Numbered from the stretch's first letter, positions 20,104-30,536 are shown. The stretch: DNA of 64,000 nucleotides from Candidatus Nomurabacteria bacterium (GCA_031425235.1 JANPIZ010000008.1:27377-91376), one strand, 5' to 3'. Notes: generated by a model from the letters alone, not told the origin. Translations and numbers: made by a program.

Positions 20104-20745
20104 ATGCCCTTTAAAAATATACGTGATTGGAAAGACCAATTTCAAAAGGAATGGTCAAAGCAACGGAGAATTGGAATGTTGCATTCTTTATTCTCCCCGG
20201 ATGAGTTTAAAGAAAAACTCGATTACGTCAGTCTTGATGAAGACAATATTGCCGCAGCATTGTTATGGGCAGCTAAAAGAGTAGATCTTGAAAAAGAACT
20301 TACTACGAAAGTTGTTCAAATGTTGGCAACATTAATTTTTCGTAGTAGCTACTGTATTGCAGGTAGCAACGAACAATTGATACCAACGCTGCAATTGTTG
20401 CGACAAGTTCGACATAAAGACTCTGATTTCTTTTCAGACGATAGTAGTTTGTCAAAAATAATTTATGATTTTCTTAGTAGAGTTGTAGATAATTACAAAC
20501 CTCTTGAAAATCAAAAAAAATCGGAAGTTATACGAACAGTTTGCGATATGCATTATGTGGCACTGCTTACCCATGAAAAATGGTTGGGCGACATTGAAGT
20601 CATAACGGAGTTGAAGTCCCGATTGGGCGACAGAGCAATTCCTTTTTCATCAAAAGTGAAGAACTCAAAAGTTCAAGATATTGCTCGTAATTTAGCAATT
20701 CATTTTGGAGCTTCTGCACTTATGGATTCGTTTATACGGAGTTGA
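20104..20745 (+). CDS. Hypothetical protein
   Basis: Long ORF; ATG 20104 preceded by AGGAGG. Confidence 0.65.
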   Translation: MPFKNIRDWKDQFQKEWSKQRRIGMLHSLFSPDEFKEKLDYVSLDEDNIAAALLWAAKRVDLEKELTTKVVQMLATLIFRSSYCIAGSNEQLIPTLQLLRQVRHKDSDFFSDDSSLSKIIYDFLSRVVDNYKPLENQKKSEVIRTVCDMHYVALLTHEKWLGDIEVITELKSRLGDRAIPFSSKVKNSKVQDIARNLAIHFGASALMDSFIRS

Positions 20746-20775
20746 TTGTTCTTTTAAGATATAAGGTGGGGTTTC

Positions 20776-20817
20776 CCGCTTGTAAGAAGCCGAGCTTCTA
20801 CAAGCGGTTTCTTATTT
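20776..20817 (+). terminator. Intrinsic terminator
   Basis: ccgcttgtaagaagc-cga-gcttctacaagcgg then tttcttattt. Confidence 0.65.
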
Positions 20818-20861
20818 CTGCTAATCTTTTCTTTTATTCACATTAATTATATACTGTACTT

Positions 20862-21338
20862 ATGTCTCAATTTATAATGCAAAATAGTGAGCTTATTCTA
20901 AGGTTAGTCATAGCGGCGGGGTTGGGGTTGTTTATAGGTCTTGAGCGAGCGATCGTACACAAAGAAGCTGGCATGAAAACACATGCGCTTGTTTCTATCG
21001 GCGCGGCAGTGTTTGTTGTCATTTCTGAAATGATAGCTATTAAATATGGTGGTATTGGGGGGTTTGATCCGAGTCGTATTGCATCGCAAATCGTCGTAGG
21101 GATCGGGTTTCTTGGTGCTGGGTCTATCATACTTCAAGGTAATCGCTTAAAAGGCCTTACTACTGCAGGTGGCTTGTGGGTTACTGCTGGCATAGGTATG
21201 GCTGCTGGATTTGGTTTTTTTGGCTTAGCTTTTATCACCACAGCGCTTATATTTTTAGTTCTCACTGCAGTAAATATAATCGAAAAACCTATTAGAAAAA
21301 TAGCTGGAGAAAAAGTAGACGAAGCGGAACAAAGTTAG
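20862..21338 (+). CDS. MgtC/SapB family membrane protein
   Basis: IGLER...AGMKTH, DPSRIASQIVVGIGFLGAG, GLTTA. Confidence 0.92.
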   Translation: MSQFIMQNSELILRLVIAAGLGLFIGLERAIVHKEAGMKTHALVSIGAAVFVVISEMIAIKYGGIGGFDPSRIASQIVVGIGFLGAGSIILQGNRLKGLTTAGGLWVTAGIGMAAGFGFFGLAFITTALIFLVLTAVNIIEKPIRKIAGEKVDEAEQS

Positions 21339-21341
21339 TAC

Positions 21342-21415
21342 TTGTCCTGTACTAAATTTTTGATTACGGGAATATAGTCGATGATTAATAAAGTTTAAAA
21401 TTTTAGTACTGGATG
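21342..21415. repeat. Palindromic element family A, abutting the alaS start
   Basis: ttgtcctgtactaaatttttgattac...gtttaaaattttagtactggat. Confidence 0.7.
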
Positions 21416-23176
21416 GACTCAAATGAAATTAGAGCAAGGTTTTTAAAATTTTTTGAAAAAAGAGGACACAAAATAATTCCTTCTGCTTCACTTGTGCCTG
21501 AGAATGATCCATCAGTACTGTTCAATACTGCTGGCATGCAACCGCTTGTACCATATCTGCTTGGTCAAGACCATCCCATGGGTAATAGGTTGGTGAATGT
21601 GCAAAAATGCGTTCGAACTCAAGATATTGATGAAGTAGGTGACAATACGCATGACACTTTTTTTGAAATGCTGGGGAATTGGTCGCTCGGTGATTATTTC
21701 AAAGAAGACGCTATACGTTGGAGTTATGAATTTCTAATATCAAAAGATGAGGGCTTAGGTCTTGATCCTACGAGGTTGTATGTAACTTGCTTTGAGGGCG
21801 ATGAAAATTCTCCAAAAGACGACGAGTCTGCGGATATTTGGGCAGACATTTTTAAGAAAAATAACATACTAGGTGAACGTATTTACTTTTGCGGTGCAGA
21901 TAAAAATTGGTGGTCAGTAGGTGACGACGGTCCGTGTGGTCCTGATACAGAAATGTTCTATGACCTGACGGGCGAACTTACAAAAGGAATGACACTCGAG
22001 GAATACAAAAAATCCGACGACGAACAAAGGATAGTTGAAATCTGGAACGATGTATTTATGCAGTACGAAAAGAAAGGCGGTAAAGTTATAGGTAAATTAA
22101 AAAAACAAAATGTGGATACTGGCTCAGGATTGGAACGAGTAGTTATGGCGGTGCAAGGTAAGGACAATATTTTCGATACGGATCTTTTTAAAGATACAAT
22201 TGAAACATTGCGAAATCTTTCTTCTGATTATAATGAACGTTCTGGGCGTATCATCGCTGACCATATCCGTACATCTATGTTTATGGTTGCTGATGGAGTT
22301 ATTCCTTCAAATAAAGATCGCGGGTATATACTTCGCAGAGTAATCCGTCGAGCTCTTATGCAGGCGCAAAAAATTGGATTCCCAATGGAACAACTTTCAA
22401 AAATCCAAGCTGACGTAAGTAACGTATATAAAGATACATATCCTGAGCTTGGTAAACAACAGATATTAAATGTGCTCGACGAAGAAAAAAATAAATTTCT
22501 TAAAACTCTCGAAATGGGGCTTAAAGAATTTGAAAAAGGTAGTGACCCATTTATTTTAGCCACTACATATGGGTTCCCAATTGAACTCACCGAAGAGTTG
22601 GCAAAAGAAAAAGGTGTTACGATAGACAAGGAAGCTTTTAATAAAAAAATGGCCGAACATCAAAAACTTTCACAAACTGCTTCAGCAGGGATGTTCAAGG
22701 GCGGTTTGGCGAATCATAATGAAAAAACAATAAAGCTTCACACAGCTCATCATTTACTCTTGGCTTCGCTTCAGCAAGTCGTGGATAAAAATATAAAACA
22801 ACGTGGCAGTAACATCACCGAAGAGCGCCTGCGCATAGACTTTTCCTGCGATCATAAATTGACAGAGGAAGAAAAGAAGAGAGTAGAAGATCTCGTAAAT
22901 GAAAAAATAAAAGAAGGTCTTACTGTGATGCGCCATGAAATGTTAAAAGAGGAAGCAGAAAAAATTGGTGCTCAAATGGAGTTTGGTGTTAAGTATGCCG
23001 AAAGGGTTTCTGTGTACTCGATTGGAAAGGATTCAGAAATAAATAACGAAACATTTAGCCTTGAATTTTGCGGTGGCCCGCATGTAAACAACACGAGTGA
23101 GCTCACTCAATTTAAAATTCAAAAAGAAGAAGCTGTCGCGCAGGGGATCAGGCGTATAAAAGGTATCCTTGTTTAG
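21413..23176 (+). CDS. alaS: Alanine--tRNA ligase (short form lacking the C-Ala domain)
   Basis: LFNTAGMQPL, HDTFFEMLGNWS, DTGSGLER, HTAHHLL, EFCGGPHV. Confidence 0.96.
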   Translation: MDSNEIRARFLKFFEKRGHKIIPSASLVPENDPSVLFNTAGMQPLVPYLLGQDHPMGNRLVNVQKCVRTQDIDEVGDNTHDTFFEMLGNWSLGDYFKEDAIRWSYEFLISKDEGLGLDPTRLYVTCFEGDENSPKDDESADIWADIFKKNNILGERIYFCGADKNWWSVGDDGPCGPDTEMFYDLTGELTKGMTLEEYKKSDDEQRIVEIWNDVFMQYEKKGGKVIGKLKKQNVDTGSGLERVVMAVQGKDNIFDTDLFKDTIETLRNLSSDYNERSGRIIADHIRTSMFMVADGVIPSNKDRGYILRRVIRRALMQAQKIGFPMEQLSKIQADVSNVYKDTYPELGKQQILNVLDEEKNKFLKTLEMGLKEFEKGSDPFILATTYGFPIELTEELAKEKGVTIDKEAFNKKMAEHQKLSQTASAGMFKGGLANHNEKTIKLHTAHHLLLASLQQVVDKNIKQRGSNITEERLRIDFSCDHKLTEEEKKRVEDLVNEKIKEGLTVMRHEMLKEEAEKIGAQMEFGVKYAERVSVYSIGKDSEINNETFSLEFCGGPHVNNTSELTQFKIQKEEAVAQGIRRIKGILV

Positions 23177-23209
23177 CTGTTTTAAAATAAAATATGGTAC
23201 AATAATTAC

Positions 23210-24400
23210 ATGGGTATTTTTTCTTTACCAAAACAGAAAGATGAGTTAGTTTTGGTTTTTGATGTTGGGTCTTCCTCTGTTAAAGCGGCTCTTTTCTATA
23301 TGCAAAAGTCCGGAATCCCGCGTGTTATTTTTTCTGTACGTGAACCTATTCTTATCGAGGATAAAATTTCTATCGATCGCTTTCTTACTTTGACCATCAA
23401 AGCGCTGGATACTGTTGGAGAAAAGGTCTATAAAAAAGGGCTTGGTGCCCCTCACCGTATTTTCTGTGTTCTCTATTCGCCATGGCACATATCTCAAACA
23501 CGAGTGATTAATGTAAAGAAAAATACACCATTTACCTTTACTGCCAAAACTGCAGATAGTCTTATACAAAAAGAAATAGAACTTGTCACAGCCGAATATT
23601 TAAAAAAATATGCTCACGTGGATAGTGCCTTGCGGATGATCGAACTAAAAAATATAAAAATCACATTGAACGGCTATGAAGTAGATAAGCCTCTTGATAA
23701 AAAAACACAAGAGGTTGAGATGACAGTTTTTATATCGCTTTCTGAAGAACAAGTATGTAAAAAAATTGAACAGACTATATCAAAATATTTCATTCCGAAA
23801 GGTAACCAAAGTCAAATAAAGTTTTCGTCTTTTAATATGGCTTCTTTCACTGTAGTGCGGGACCTCTATGCTCACCAAGACAGCTTTCTTATTATTAATG
23901 TCGGCGGTGAAATTACTGATATCTCGATGGTCAAGAAAAATGCTTTACGAGAATCGACTTCATTTCCACTCGGCATAAACTTTATGATACGTAAAATATC
24001 CACTGAGATGAACTGTACTTTAAGTGAAGCCAAATCGCTCATATCGCTTTTTAAGGATGGGCATGCTGCGCTTACTATTCAAAGCACTCTCGAACCTGCT
24101 ATAATAAAATTGAAAGCTGAGTGGTTAAAAAATTTCCAAGATTCTTTAGCAAATCTTTCAAGTGATATTTCGATTCCAGCCTTTATTTATATAACTGTCG
24201 ACAAAGATCTCGCCGAATTTTTTTCAGAAATTATAAAAACTGAGCAGTTCAACCAATACACCCTAACCGAATCAAAATTTCAAATTATTTTCTTAAATGC
24301 TGAAAATCTACACAACATTATCGTTTTTGAAAAGGAGTCGATTTTCAACGCATTTTTAACTATCGACTGTGTATATATTAATCGCTTCTTTAAATCATAG
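23210..24400 (+). CDS. FtsA/PilM-like actin-fold protein
   Basis: VFDVGSSSVK phosphate-1 and IINVGGEITDI phosphate-2 motifs; LSEAKSL. Confidence 0.7.
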   Translation: MGIFSLPKQKDELVLVFDVGSSSVKAALFYMQKSGIPRVIFSVREPILIEDKISIDRFLTLTIKALDTVGEKVYKKGLGAPHRIFCVLYSPWHISQTRVINVKKNTPFTFTAKTADSLIQKEIELVTAEYLKKYAHVDSALRMIELKNIKITLNGYEVDKPLDKKTQEVEMTVFISLSEEQVCKKIEQTISKYFIPKGNQSQIKFSSFNMASFTVVRDLYAHQDSFLIINVGGEITDISMVKKNALRESTSFPLGINFMIRKISTEMNCTLSEAKSLISLFKDGHAALTIQSTLEPAIIKLKAEWLKNFQDSLANLSSDISIPAFIYITVDKDLAEFFSEIIKTEQFNQYTLTESKFQIIFLNAENLHNIIVFEKESIFNAFLTIDCVYINRFFKS

Positions 24401-24402
24401 AT

Positions 24403-25698
24403 ATGCCAAAAAATTTATTTCAAGACATGGTGAAGGTAAAAAATTCCAGGAAGCAAATGGAACAGATTAAAATAATTCGTTCCTCCTCCCCAACCCCTAT
24501 TCCGCCCGATATTGAAAAACAAAAATATATACATGAAAATATTGAACGTCCACGATATTCACCGCCACAAAAAAATTCCAAACACAGACTCTGGCTTGTG
24601 GCTGGTATTTGTATTTTATTTTTTCTATTCGCTCTATCATTCTTTTTTGCAAGAGCTGAAGTTGTTATCGATCCAAAAATAAAAGATGTCCAACTAAACC
24701 AAAGCTTTTCAGCTATAAAAGATGTGAACAACGAAGGATTGGCATTTGATCTTGTTATTATATCGGGAGAAGATAGTAACAAGGTAGTAGGAGGTGAGCA
24801 AAAAGATTTAGCTCTAAGCGCTACGGGAAGTATTTTTATCTATAATGCATTCAGTACTACTCCACAAAAGCTCTCAGTCGGTACTAAGCTTGAAGGATCA
24901 AATAATAAAATATATAAAATAATAACACCGGCCACAGTACCTGGAATAGATGCAGATGGCGTGCCAGGTAAAGTAGAAGTCAGCATATTGGCTATGGAAG
25001 CGGGTGATGAATACAATAGCGATCCAATAGATTTCAAAATTAGCATATTTAAGGGTACACCAAAATATGATAAATTTTACGGCAGGAGTGAAGGTAAAAT
25101 CTCGGGTGGATTTAAGGGTATGTCCGCAACTATAGCCGATACCGAGAAAGAAGTGGCGTTTAGTGAACTTGAAGCAAGCCTCAAGGATAAGCTTTTAGCC
25201 AAAGCAACTGATCAAATACCAAGTGGTTTTATTTTATACAAAGGTGCAGCTTTCCTCAAAATTGATGAAAGAAGTGTGGAGTTTGCCCCTGGCGATTCAA
25301 ATGTTCCCGTAAAAGTAAAAGGTACGTTATATGGATTTTTACTCAGTGAAGAGACCTTAACCCCTAAAATAGCAAAAGCTGGTGTCAGTGAGTACGACGA
25401 TGCTCCCGTTTATATACCAAATATCCGCGACCTCACGTTCTCGCTTCTTGATACGGATATTTCATATAGCGATGTGCAAAGTATTAATTTTAACATATCG
25501 GGTAATCCAAAAATTGTTTGGACCTTTGATGAAACTGAATTTAAACAGTCACTTCTGTCCAAGAAAAAATCTGAATTTAATCAGATATTATCACAGTATA
25601 CAAATGTCCAGTCTGCACAGCTGTCCCTCAGTCCATTTTGGATTCGCTCATTTCCAAGTAAGCTTAAGGATATAAAAGTTATCGTAAATTATCCTTAG
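24403..25698 (+). CDS. Single-pass membrane protein with a baseplate-J-like extracellular domain
   Basis: One TM helix; ATGSIFIYN, GTKL, TVPG, A-x-EAG-x-EYN, ISGG, PFW...P. Confidence 0.6.
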   Translation: MPKNLFQDMVKVKNSRKQMEQIKIIRSSSPTPIPPDIEKQKYIHENIERPRYSPPQKNSKHRLWLVAGICILFFLFALSFFFARAEVVIDPKIKDVQLNQSFSAIKDVNNEGLAFDLVIISGEDSNKVVGGEQKDLALSATGSIFIYNAFSTTPQKLSVGTKLEGSNNKIYKIITPATVPGIDADGVPGKVEVSILAMEAGDEYNSDPIDFKISIFKGTPKYDKFYGRSEGKISGGFKGMSATIADTEKEVAFSELEASLKDKLLAKATDQIPSGFILYKGAAFLKIDERSVEFAPGDSNVPVKVKGTLYGFLLSEETLTPKIAKAGVSEYDDAPVYIPNIRDLTFSLLDTDISYSDVQSINFNISGNPKIVWTFDETEFKQSLLSKKKSEFNQILSQYTNVQSAQLSLSPFWIRSFPSKLKDIKVIVNYP

Positions 25699-25746
25699 GT
25701 GAGTTTGACCTAAAGATGTAATTTTGTTAGTATACTATACATATAC

Positions 25747-25980
25747 ATGAGCGATCCAAAAAAAGAGAAACTAATCACAACACGAGGCGTCGTGACCGAA
25801 GCACTCCCTTCAACTTTATTTCGAGTAATTATCCAAGATAATAGGGAGGAGCAAAAAGAAATGTTAGCGTATCTTTCTGGTAAAATGCGAATGCATAGGA
25901 TCAAAGTTTTGATAGGTGATTCAGTCGAAATAGTACTCGATCCGTACGGTGGTAAAGGACGTATTGTCAAAAGGTTCTAA
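25747..25980 (+). CDS. infA: Translation initiation factor IF-1
   Basis: GVVTEALP, AYLSGKMR, I-x-VLIGD-x-V, GRIVKR. Confidence 0.95.
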   Translation: MSDPKKEKLITTRGVVTEALPSTLFRVIIQDNREEQKEMLAYLSGKMRMHRIKVLIGDSVEIVLDPYGGKGRIVKRF

Positions 25981-26105
25981 TGGGACTTGTAATTTTAAAT
26001 GGAATAGTGTATTATATCGATTATAGTTTTTAAATAGTTAAAGCATTGAAAAATAAGGGTTTTTCCCTTTTTTTGTGTCATGTGAGATAGACCAATAAAT
26101 TTTTT

Positions 26106-26216
26106 ATGAAAATCAAATCAGCTGTAAAAAAAATATGTAACAACTGTAAAATGGTCCGACGAGTACGGCATTTGCGCATTATTTGCTCAAACCCTAAACA
26201 TAAACAAAAACAATAA
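26106..26216 (+). CDS. rpmJ: 50S ribosomal protein L36 (missing from the ORF track)
   Basis: [36 protein letters not shown]. Confidence 0.93.
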   Translation: MKIKSAVKKICNNCKMVRRVRHLRIICSNPKHKQKQ

Positions 26217-26219
26217 TTT

Positions 26220-26600
26220 ATGAGAATTCTTGGAATCACAATACCAGACGAAAAAAGATTAGAATATGGCCTCACCGTTTTGTATGGTATTGGTCTTTCA
26301 ACTTCGCAAAAAATATTAGATAAAGTGAGTATTGATCGCGCCAAGCATGCAAAAGATCTCACGTCTGACGAAGAAAATAAAATTCGTGCTGTTATCGAAA
26401 GTATGACCATAGAAGGAAATTTGAAACGTGAGATTGGAGCTAATATAAAAAGATTAAAGGATGTAAAAACATATCGGGGTAGTCGCCATGCTAAAAGGTT
26501 ACCAGTCCGAGGTCAACGTACAAAAACAAACTCTCGAACAGTTCGAGGTAACGTTCGAAAAACAATGGCGTCAGGTAAGAGAAAAGAAAGTAAAACATAA
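26220..26600 (+). CDS. rpsM: 30S ribosomal protein S13
   Basis: LT-x-LYGIG, YRG-x-RH-x-x-x-LPVRGQRTKTNSRT. Confidence 0.97.
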   Translation: MRILGITIPDEKRLEYGLTVLYGIGLSTSQKILDKVSIDRAKHAKDLTSDEENKIRAVIESMTIEGNLKREIGANIKRLKDVKTYRGSRHAKRLPVRGQRTKTNSRTVRGNVRKTMASGKRKESKT

Positions 26601-26603
26601 TTT

Positions 26604-27029
26604 ATGGCAACTGCAAAAACAAAAACAGAATCAGTCGAAGAACCAAAAGAAGTAAAAGTTGTTTCTAAGTCTTCAAAGAAAAAACATACTACTGGGGTAT
26701 TGCATATTGAGGCTACATTTAACAATACAAAGGTTCTTTTTTCTGACAAGATAGGTAATACATTGTTTTGGTCAAGTTCTGGTGCGCTCGGATTTCGTGG
26801 CGCAAAAAAAGGTACACCTTTTGTGGCTTCAAAGCTTGGTGATTTGATCGGAAGTAAGGCTGTAGCTATTGGAGTTAAAGAAGCTGATGTAATGGTGCTT
26901 GGAGTAGGTTCTGGGCGTGAGTCAGCTATTCGTGCATTTATGGCACATGGTATACAGATCACTTCCATCGTAGACAAAACACCAGTACCACATAACGGAC
27001 CCAAAGCTAAAAAACCACGACGAGTATAA
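26604..27029 (+). CDS. rpsK: 30S ribosomal protein S11
   Basis: ATFNNT, GFRGAKKGTPF, GRESAIRA, TPVPHNG. Confidence 0.97.
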   Translation: MATAKTKTESVEEPKEVKVVSKSSKKKHTTGVLHIEATFNNTKVLFSDKIGNTLFWSSSGALGFRGAKKGTPFVASKLGDLIGSKAVAIGVKEADVMVLGVGSGRESAIRAFMAHGIQITSIVDKTPVPHNGPKAKKPRRV

Positions 27030-27054
27030 TTTATATATAATTTTTTAAACGAAT

Positions 27055-27657
27055 ATGATATCCAAACCAAAATTTAAAATATGTCGAAGACTCGGTCCAG
27101 GCGTGTATGACAAATGCCAGACTGCGAAGTTCACTACTCCTGCTGTAAAAGGCGGCTTTGGTGGGAAGCGGCCCAAGGCTCTTTCTGAATACGGTACTCA
27201 ATTTTTAGAAAAACAAAAAGTTCGACTTTCTTATGGTGTGACTGAACATCAGCTTTCAAATTACGTAAAAAAAGCATCAAACATAAAAGGCGCGGGGACT
27301 GCGGAGAAATTTTACGAAGATTTAGAATTACGTCTTGATAATGCAGTATATCGTATGGGTCTCGCGCCGAGCCGACGCGCTGCTCGCCAGATGGTTTCTC
27401 ATGGACACTTTATTGTAAATACTCACAAAGTCACTATCCCTTCATACGAATTACGACTTGGGGACGTGGTAAAAGTTCGCGAAGGTTCTAAAACAAAAAA
27501 AGTGTTCACAGGCCTTGCTGAAACATTGAAAAATTACATTGCACCGACATGGATTACATTTGATTTAGCAAAAATGGAAGGTAAGGTATTAGCTAAACCA
27601 AAGCACGTTGAAACATTCCTTAATTTAAATGCAGTCCTTGAATTTTATAGTCGTTAA
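27055..27657 (+). CDS. rpsD: 30S ribosomal protein S4
   Basis: SEYG-x-Q-x-x-EKQK, LELRLDNAVYR, ARQMVSHGH, EFYSR. Confidence 0.97.
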   Translation: MISKPKFKICRRLGPGVYDKCQTAKFTTPAVKGGFGGKRPKALSEYGTQFLEKQKVRLSYGVTEHQLSNYVKKASNIKGAGTAEKFYEDLELRLDNAVYRMGLAPSRRAARQMVSHGHFIVNTHKVTIPSYELRLGDVVKVREGSKTKKVFTGLAETLKNYIAPTWITFDLAKMEGKVLAKPKHVETFLNLNAVLEFYSR

Positions 27658-27704
27658 CATATCATTTTATTTTTACCCATTATTAAATTTAACTTTTTAA
27701 AAAT

Positions 27705-28688
27705 ATGCCTGAATATAAAATAATTATTCCTTCCAAGCCACGTGTTGTGCTAGAAGAAGAAAATAAAGGAGTATTTGAAATCGATGGCCTCTATCCTGGG
27801 TATGGACATACTCTTGGTAATAGTTTACGAAGGATTATTCTTTCTTCTCTTCCTGGTGCAAGTATTACATCTCTCAAAATTGACGGAGTAAGTCACGAAT
27901 TTCAAACTATTGAAGGCATCAAAGAAGATGTGATAGTTATGATCCTCAATTTGAAAAAGGCACGATTTAAAATGACAACTGATGAATCTCAAATGGTTAC
28001 TCTTTCAGTCAAGGGTCCAAAAGTTGTCACTGCAGGTGATATAAAGACAAGTGGGCAAGTAGAGGTACTTAATAAAGATTTATATATTGCGGAGGTTACT
28101 GGGAAAATTAATCTTGAGATGGAAATGAAGGTTGAAAAAGGTCTTGGATTTATTCCAAAAGAAATTTTTCATAAAGATAAAGTTGACGTGGGCACCATTA
28201 CTGTTGATGCGATATTCACTCCTATTCGACGTGTAGCGTACGAAGTTGAAAACATGCGTGTTGGTGATAAGACAAATTTCAATCGCCTACGTATTTCTAT
28301 AGAAACAAACGGCACTCTGACACCTCGTGAAGCACTGACTGAGTCAATCAGCATCATGATCAAGCAATTAAAAGCAATCGTTGATTTTAAGGAAATCGAA
28401 GAAGAGGAAGAAGCTCCAGTTGAAAAGAAGTCTGTAAAAAGCGGAGAAAAATCTGAAGCGGGAGCTGAAAAAGATACTGACGTAGCAGATGTCCTGAAGA
28501 CACGCACTGACAGCCTGGACCTCTCTACTCGTACTTTGAATGCACTTACGAATGCAAATATCCGAACACTTGGAGGTCTTGCTCGGAAGAAGCGTGAAGA
28601 CCTACTTGAAGTCGAGGGTATTGGTGAAAAAGGAATTACCGAGATTAAAAAAGTATTGACTAAGTTTGGTCTTAGTTTAAAAGAATAG
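27705..28688 (+). CDS. rpoA: RNA polymerase alpha subunit
   Basis: GYGHTLGNSLRRIILSS, HEF, VDAIFTPIRRV, alpha-CTD. Confidence 0.97.
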   Translation: MPEYKIIIPSKPRVVLEEENKGVFEIDGLYPGYGHTLGNSLRRIILSSLPGASITSLKIDGVSHEFQTIEGIKEDVIVMILNLKKARFKMTTDESQMVTLSVKGPKVVTAGDIKTSGQVEVLNKDLYIAEVTGKINLEMEMKVEKGLGFIPKEIFHKDKVDVGTITVDAIFTPIRRVAYEVENMRVGDKTNFNRLRISIETNGTLTPREALTESISIMIKQLKAIVDFKEIEEEEEAPVEKKSVKSGEKSEAGAEKDTDVADVLKTRTDSLDLSTRTLNALTNANIRTLGGLARKKREDLLEVEGIGEKGITEIKKVLTKFGLSLKE

Positions 28689-28689
28689 T

Positions 28690-29046
28690 ATGAGACATCA
28701 TAACGCAAACAGAAAATTTGGACGCAGTAAAACACAAAAGAAAGCACTAATAAACTCTTTGGCTTTTAACTTGATTACTCGCGGTAAAATGAAAACAACA
28801 CTAGCCAAAGCAAAAGAACTTCGCCCATATATTGAGAAGATGGTAACTCGAGCAAAGGTAGGTACTCCAGCAGGACGACGCATAGTCCTCGCAAAGCTTG
28901 GAGGTAGCCACAAAGCTGAAGTGAAAAAGCTGTTTGAAGTTATTGCTCCAAAATACACTGACAAAAAAGGTGGCTATACTCGGATATTAAAACTTGGGGT
29001 TCGAAAGTCTGATAGTGCGCCAATGGCAGTAATAGAATTTGTATAA
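28690..29046 (+). CDS. rplQ: 50S ribosomal protein L17
   Basis: MRH...TTLAKAKELR, GGYTRILK. Confidence 0.97.
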   Translation: MRHHNANRKFGRSKTQKKALINSLAFNLITRGKMKTTLAKAKELRPYIEKMVTRAKVGTPAGRRIVLAKLGGSHKAEVKKLFEVIAPKYTDKKGGYTRILKLGVRKSDSAPMAVIEFV

Positions 29047-29061
29047 TTTCAATAATATAGT

Positions 29062-29445
29062 ATGAAAAAAACAACCACAAATCAAAAAGGGATACAGAAA
29101 GAAGTTAAAACAATCGATGCAAGCGGTAGGACTTTAGGTCGTGTCGCTTCTGAGATTGCTGTAAATTTACTCGGTAAAACTAAGGCTACTTTTGAACGAA
29201 ATGTATACACCGGTTTTCCAGTGAGAGTTCTTAATGCAAGTAAAATAAAGATTACACAAAAGAAGCTCGAAAGCATCCAGCATCTTCGTTATTCAGGATA
29301 TCCAGGAGGCCTTCGTGTATTGAAAGGCACTGAAACAAAAGAAAAAAAAGGGATGAGTGAATTGATAAAACTTGCTACGTACCACATGCTACCAGGGAAT
29401 AAACTTCGCCGAACAATGATGAAACATTTAACAATTGAAGAATAA
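29062..29445 (+). CDS. rplM: 50S ribosomal protein L13
   Basis: IDASGRTLGRVASEIA-x-x-L-x-GK, YSGYPGG, MLP-x-NKL. Confidence 0.95.
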   Translation: MKKTTTNQKGIQKEVKTIDASGRTLGRVASEIAVNLLGKTKATFERNVYTGFPVRVLNASKIKITQKKLESIQHLRYSGYPGGLRVLKGTETKEKKGMSELIKLATYHMLPGNKLRRTMMKHLTIEE

Positions 29446-29449
29446 TACA

Positions 29450-29884
29450 ATGGCTACTGAAAACAAAGAAAAAACTAAAGACCGATATATAGAAGCAATA
29501 GGACGACGAAAAACTTCAACTGCGCGCGTCCGTATAACACCGGGAGCAAAACCGAGTTTCGTTGTGAACGATGAAGACGCAAAGACGTATTTTAAAACAG
29601 AGGAGCAACGCCGACTTATTCTTGACCCGATGATCAAAGGAGGAAAAGAAGGTGAAGAAAAAAATATAAAATGGAGCGTGGAAGCTCATGTAAACGGTGG
29701 AGGTATACATTCTCAAGCTGAAGCTATCCGTCACGGACTTTCTCGAGCTCTTGTAAAATCAGACGAAGAACTACATACAATACTGAAAGGGCTCGGATTC
29801 TTAAAGCGTGACCCGAGAGCAAAAGAACGCCGCAAATTCGGACTCAAAAAAGCTCGCAAGGCACCAAAGTGGTCAAAACGTTAA
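29450..29884 (+). CDS. rpsI: 30S ribosomal protein S9
   Basis: GRRKTSTARV, GGG-x-x-SQAEAIRHG, RDPR-x-KERRKFGL...WSKR. Confidence 0.97.
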   Translation: MATENKEKTKDRYIEAIGRRKTSTARVRITPGAKPSFVVNDEDAKTYFKTEEQRRLILDPMIKGGKEGEEKNIKWSVEAHVNGGGIHSQAEAIRHGLSRALVKSDEELHTILKGLGFLKRDPRAKERRKFGLKKARKAPKWSKR

Positions 29885-29896
29885 TTATTTTCTCCC

Positions 29897-29926
29897 AAAA
29901 TTCCCTCTTTCAAGAGGGAATTTTTT
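29897..29926 (+). terminator. Intrinsic terminator of the ribosomal protein operon
   Basis: aaaattccctctt-tc-aagagggaatttttt. Confidence 0.75.
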
Positions 29927-29942
29927 GTGCTAAAATAGGTAT

Positions 29943-30536
29943 ATGATGGACGAAGAAACCAACAAAGAACTAGATATTGAAACATCCGAATCTGATGAGG
30001 AAATAGTTGAATTTGAATTCAATGATGACGGAGAGGAGGATTTAAAAAAGACGTTAAAGAAATTGCGGCTTGATTTAAAAGTCGCCCGGGCTGAAAAAGA
30101 AGAATATTTAAATGGCTGGCAGAAAGAGCGAGCAGATTTTGCTAATTATAAAAAAAGTGAAGATGATCGCAACGCGGTGTATAAGGAAAATCTACGTGAA
30201 CATATTTTGAATCGCTTTTTGACTGTGGCTGACAGCTTCAACATGGCTTTTGCAAATCGTGAGGCTTGGGAAAAAGTAGATGAAAATTGGCGTCGAGGTG
30301 TTGAGTACATTTATTCCCAGATGAGTAGCGTGTTTGAAGAATATGGGGTCAAAGAAATAGGTGTAGAAGGTGAAGTGTTTGATCCAAATCTTCATGAATC
30401 TATAGATACCATCGAAGCGAGCGATAAAACACAAGATCACACAATAGCAAAAGTAATCCAAAAAGGGTACAAAATGGGGAATCGAGTTATTCGTCCTGCG
30501 CGAGTAAATGTCTATGGATACAAAGAGAGCAACTAG
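29943..30536 (+). CDS. grpE: Nucleotide exchange factor GrpE
   Basis: RADFANYKK, FDPNLHESI, IQKGYKM-x-x-RVIRPARV. Confidence 0.95.
   Translation: MMDEETNKELDIETSESDEEIVEFEFNDDGEEDLKKTLKKLRLDLKVARAEKEEYLNGWQKERADFANYKKSEDDRNAVYKENLREHILNRFLTVADSFNMAFANREAWEKVDENWRRGVEYIYSQMSSVFEEYGVKEIGVEGEVFDPNLHESIDTIEASDKTQDHTIAKVIQKGYKMGNRVIRPARVNVYGYKESN

Noticed and set aside
24403-25698. Prophage suggested by the baseplate-like domain
   Set aside because: No terminase, capsid, tail or integrase genes; the protein has a TM anchor and core-gene neighbours.
29885-29942. CIRCE/HrcA control of grpE
   Set aside because: No TTAGCACTC-N9-GAGTGCTAA and no hrcA in the window; the inverted repeat is a terminator.
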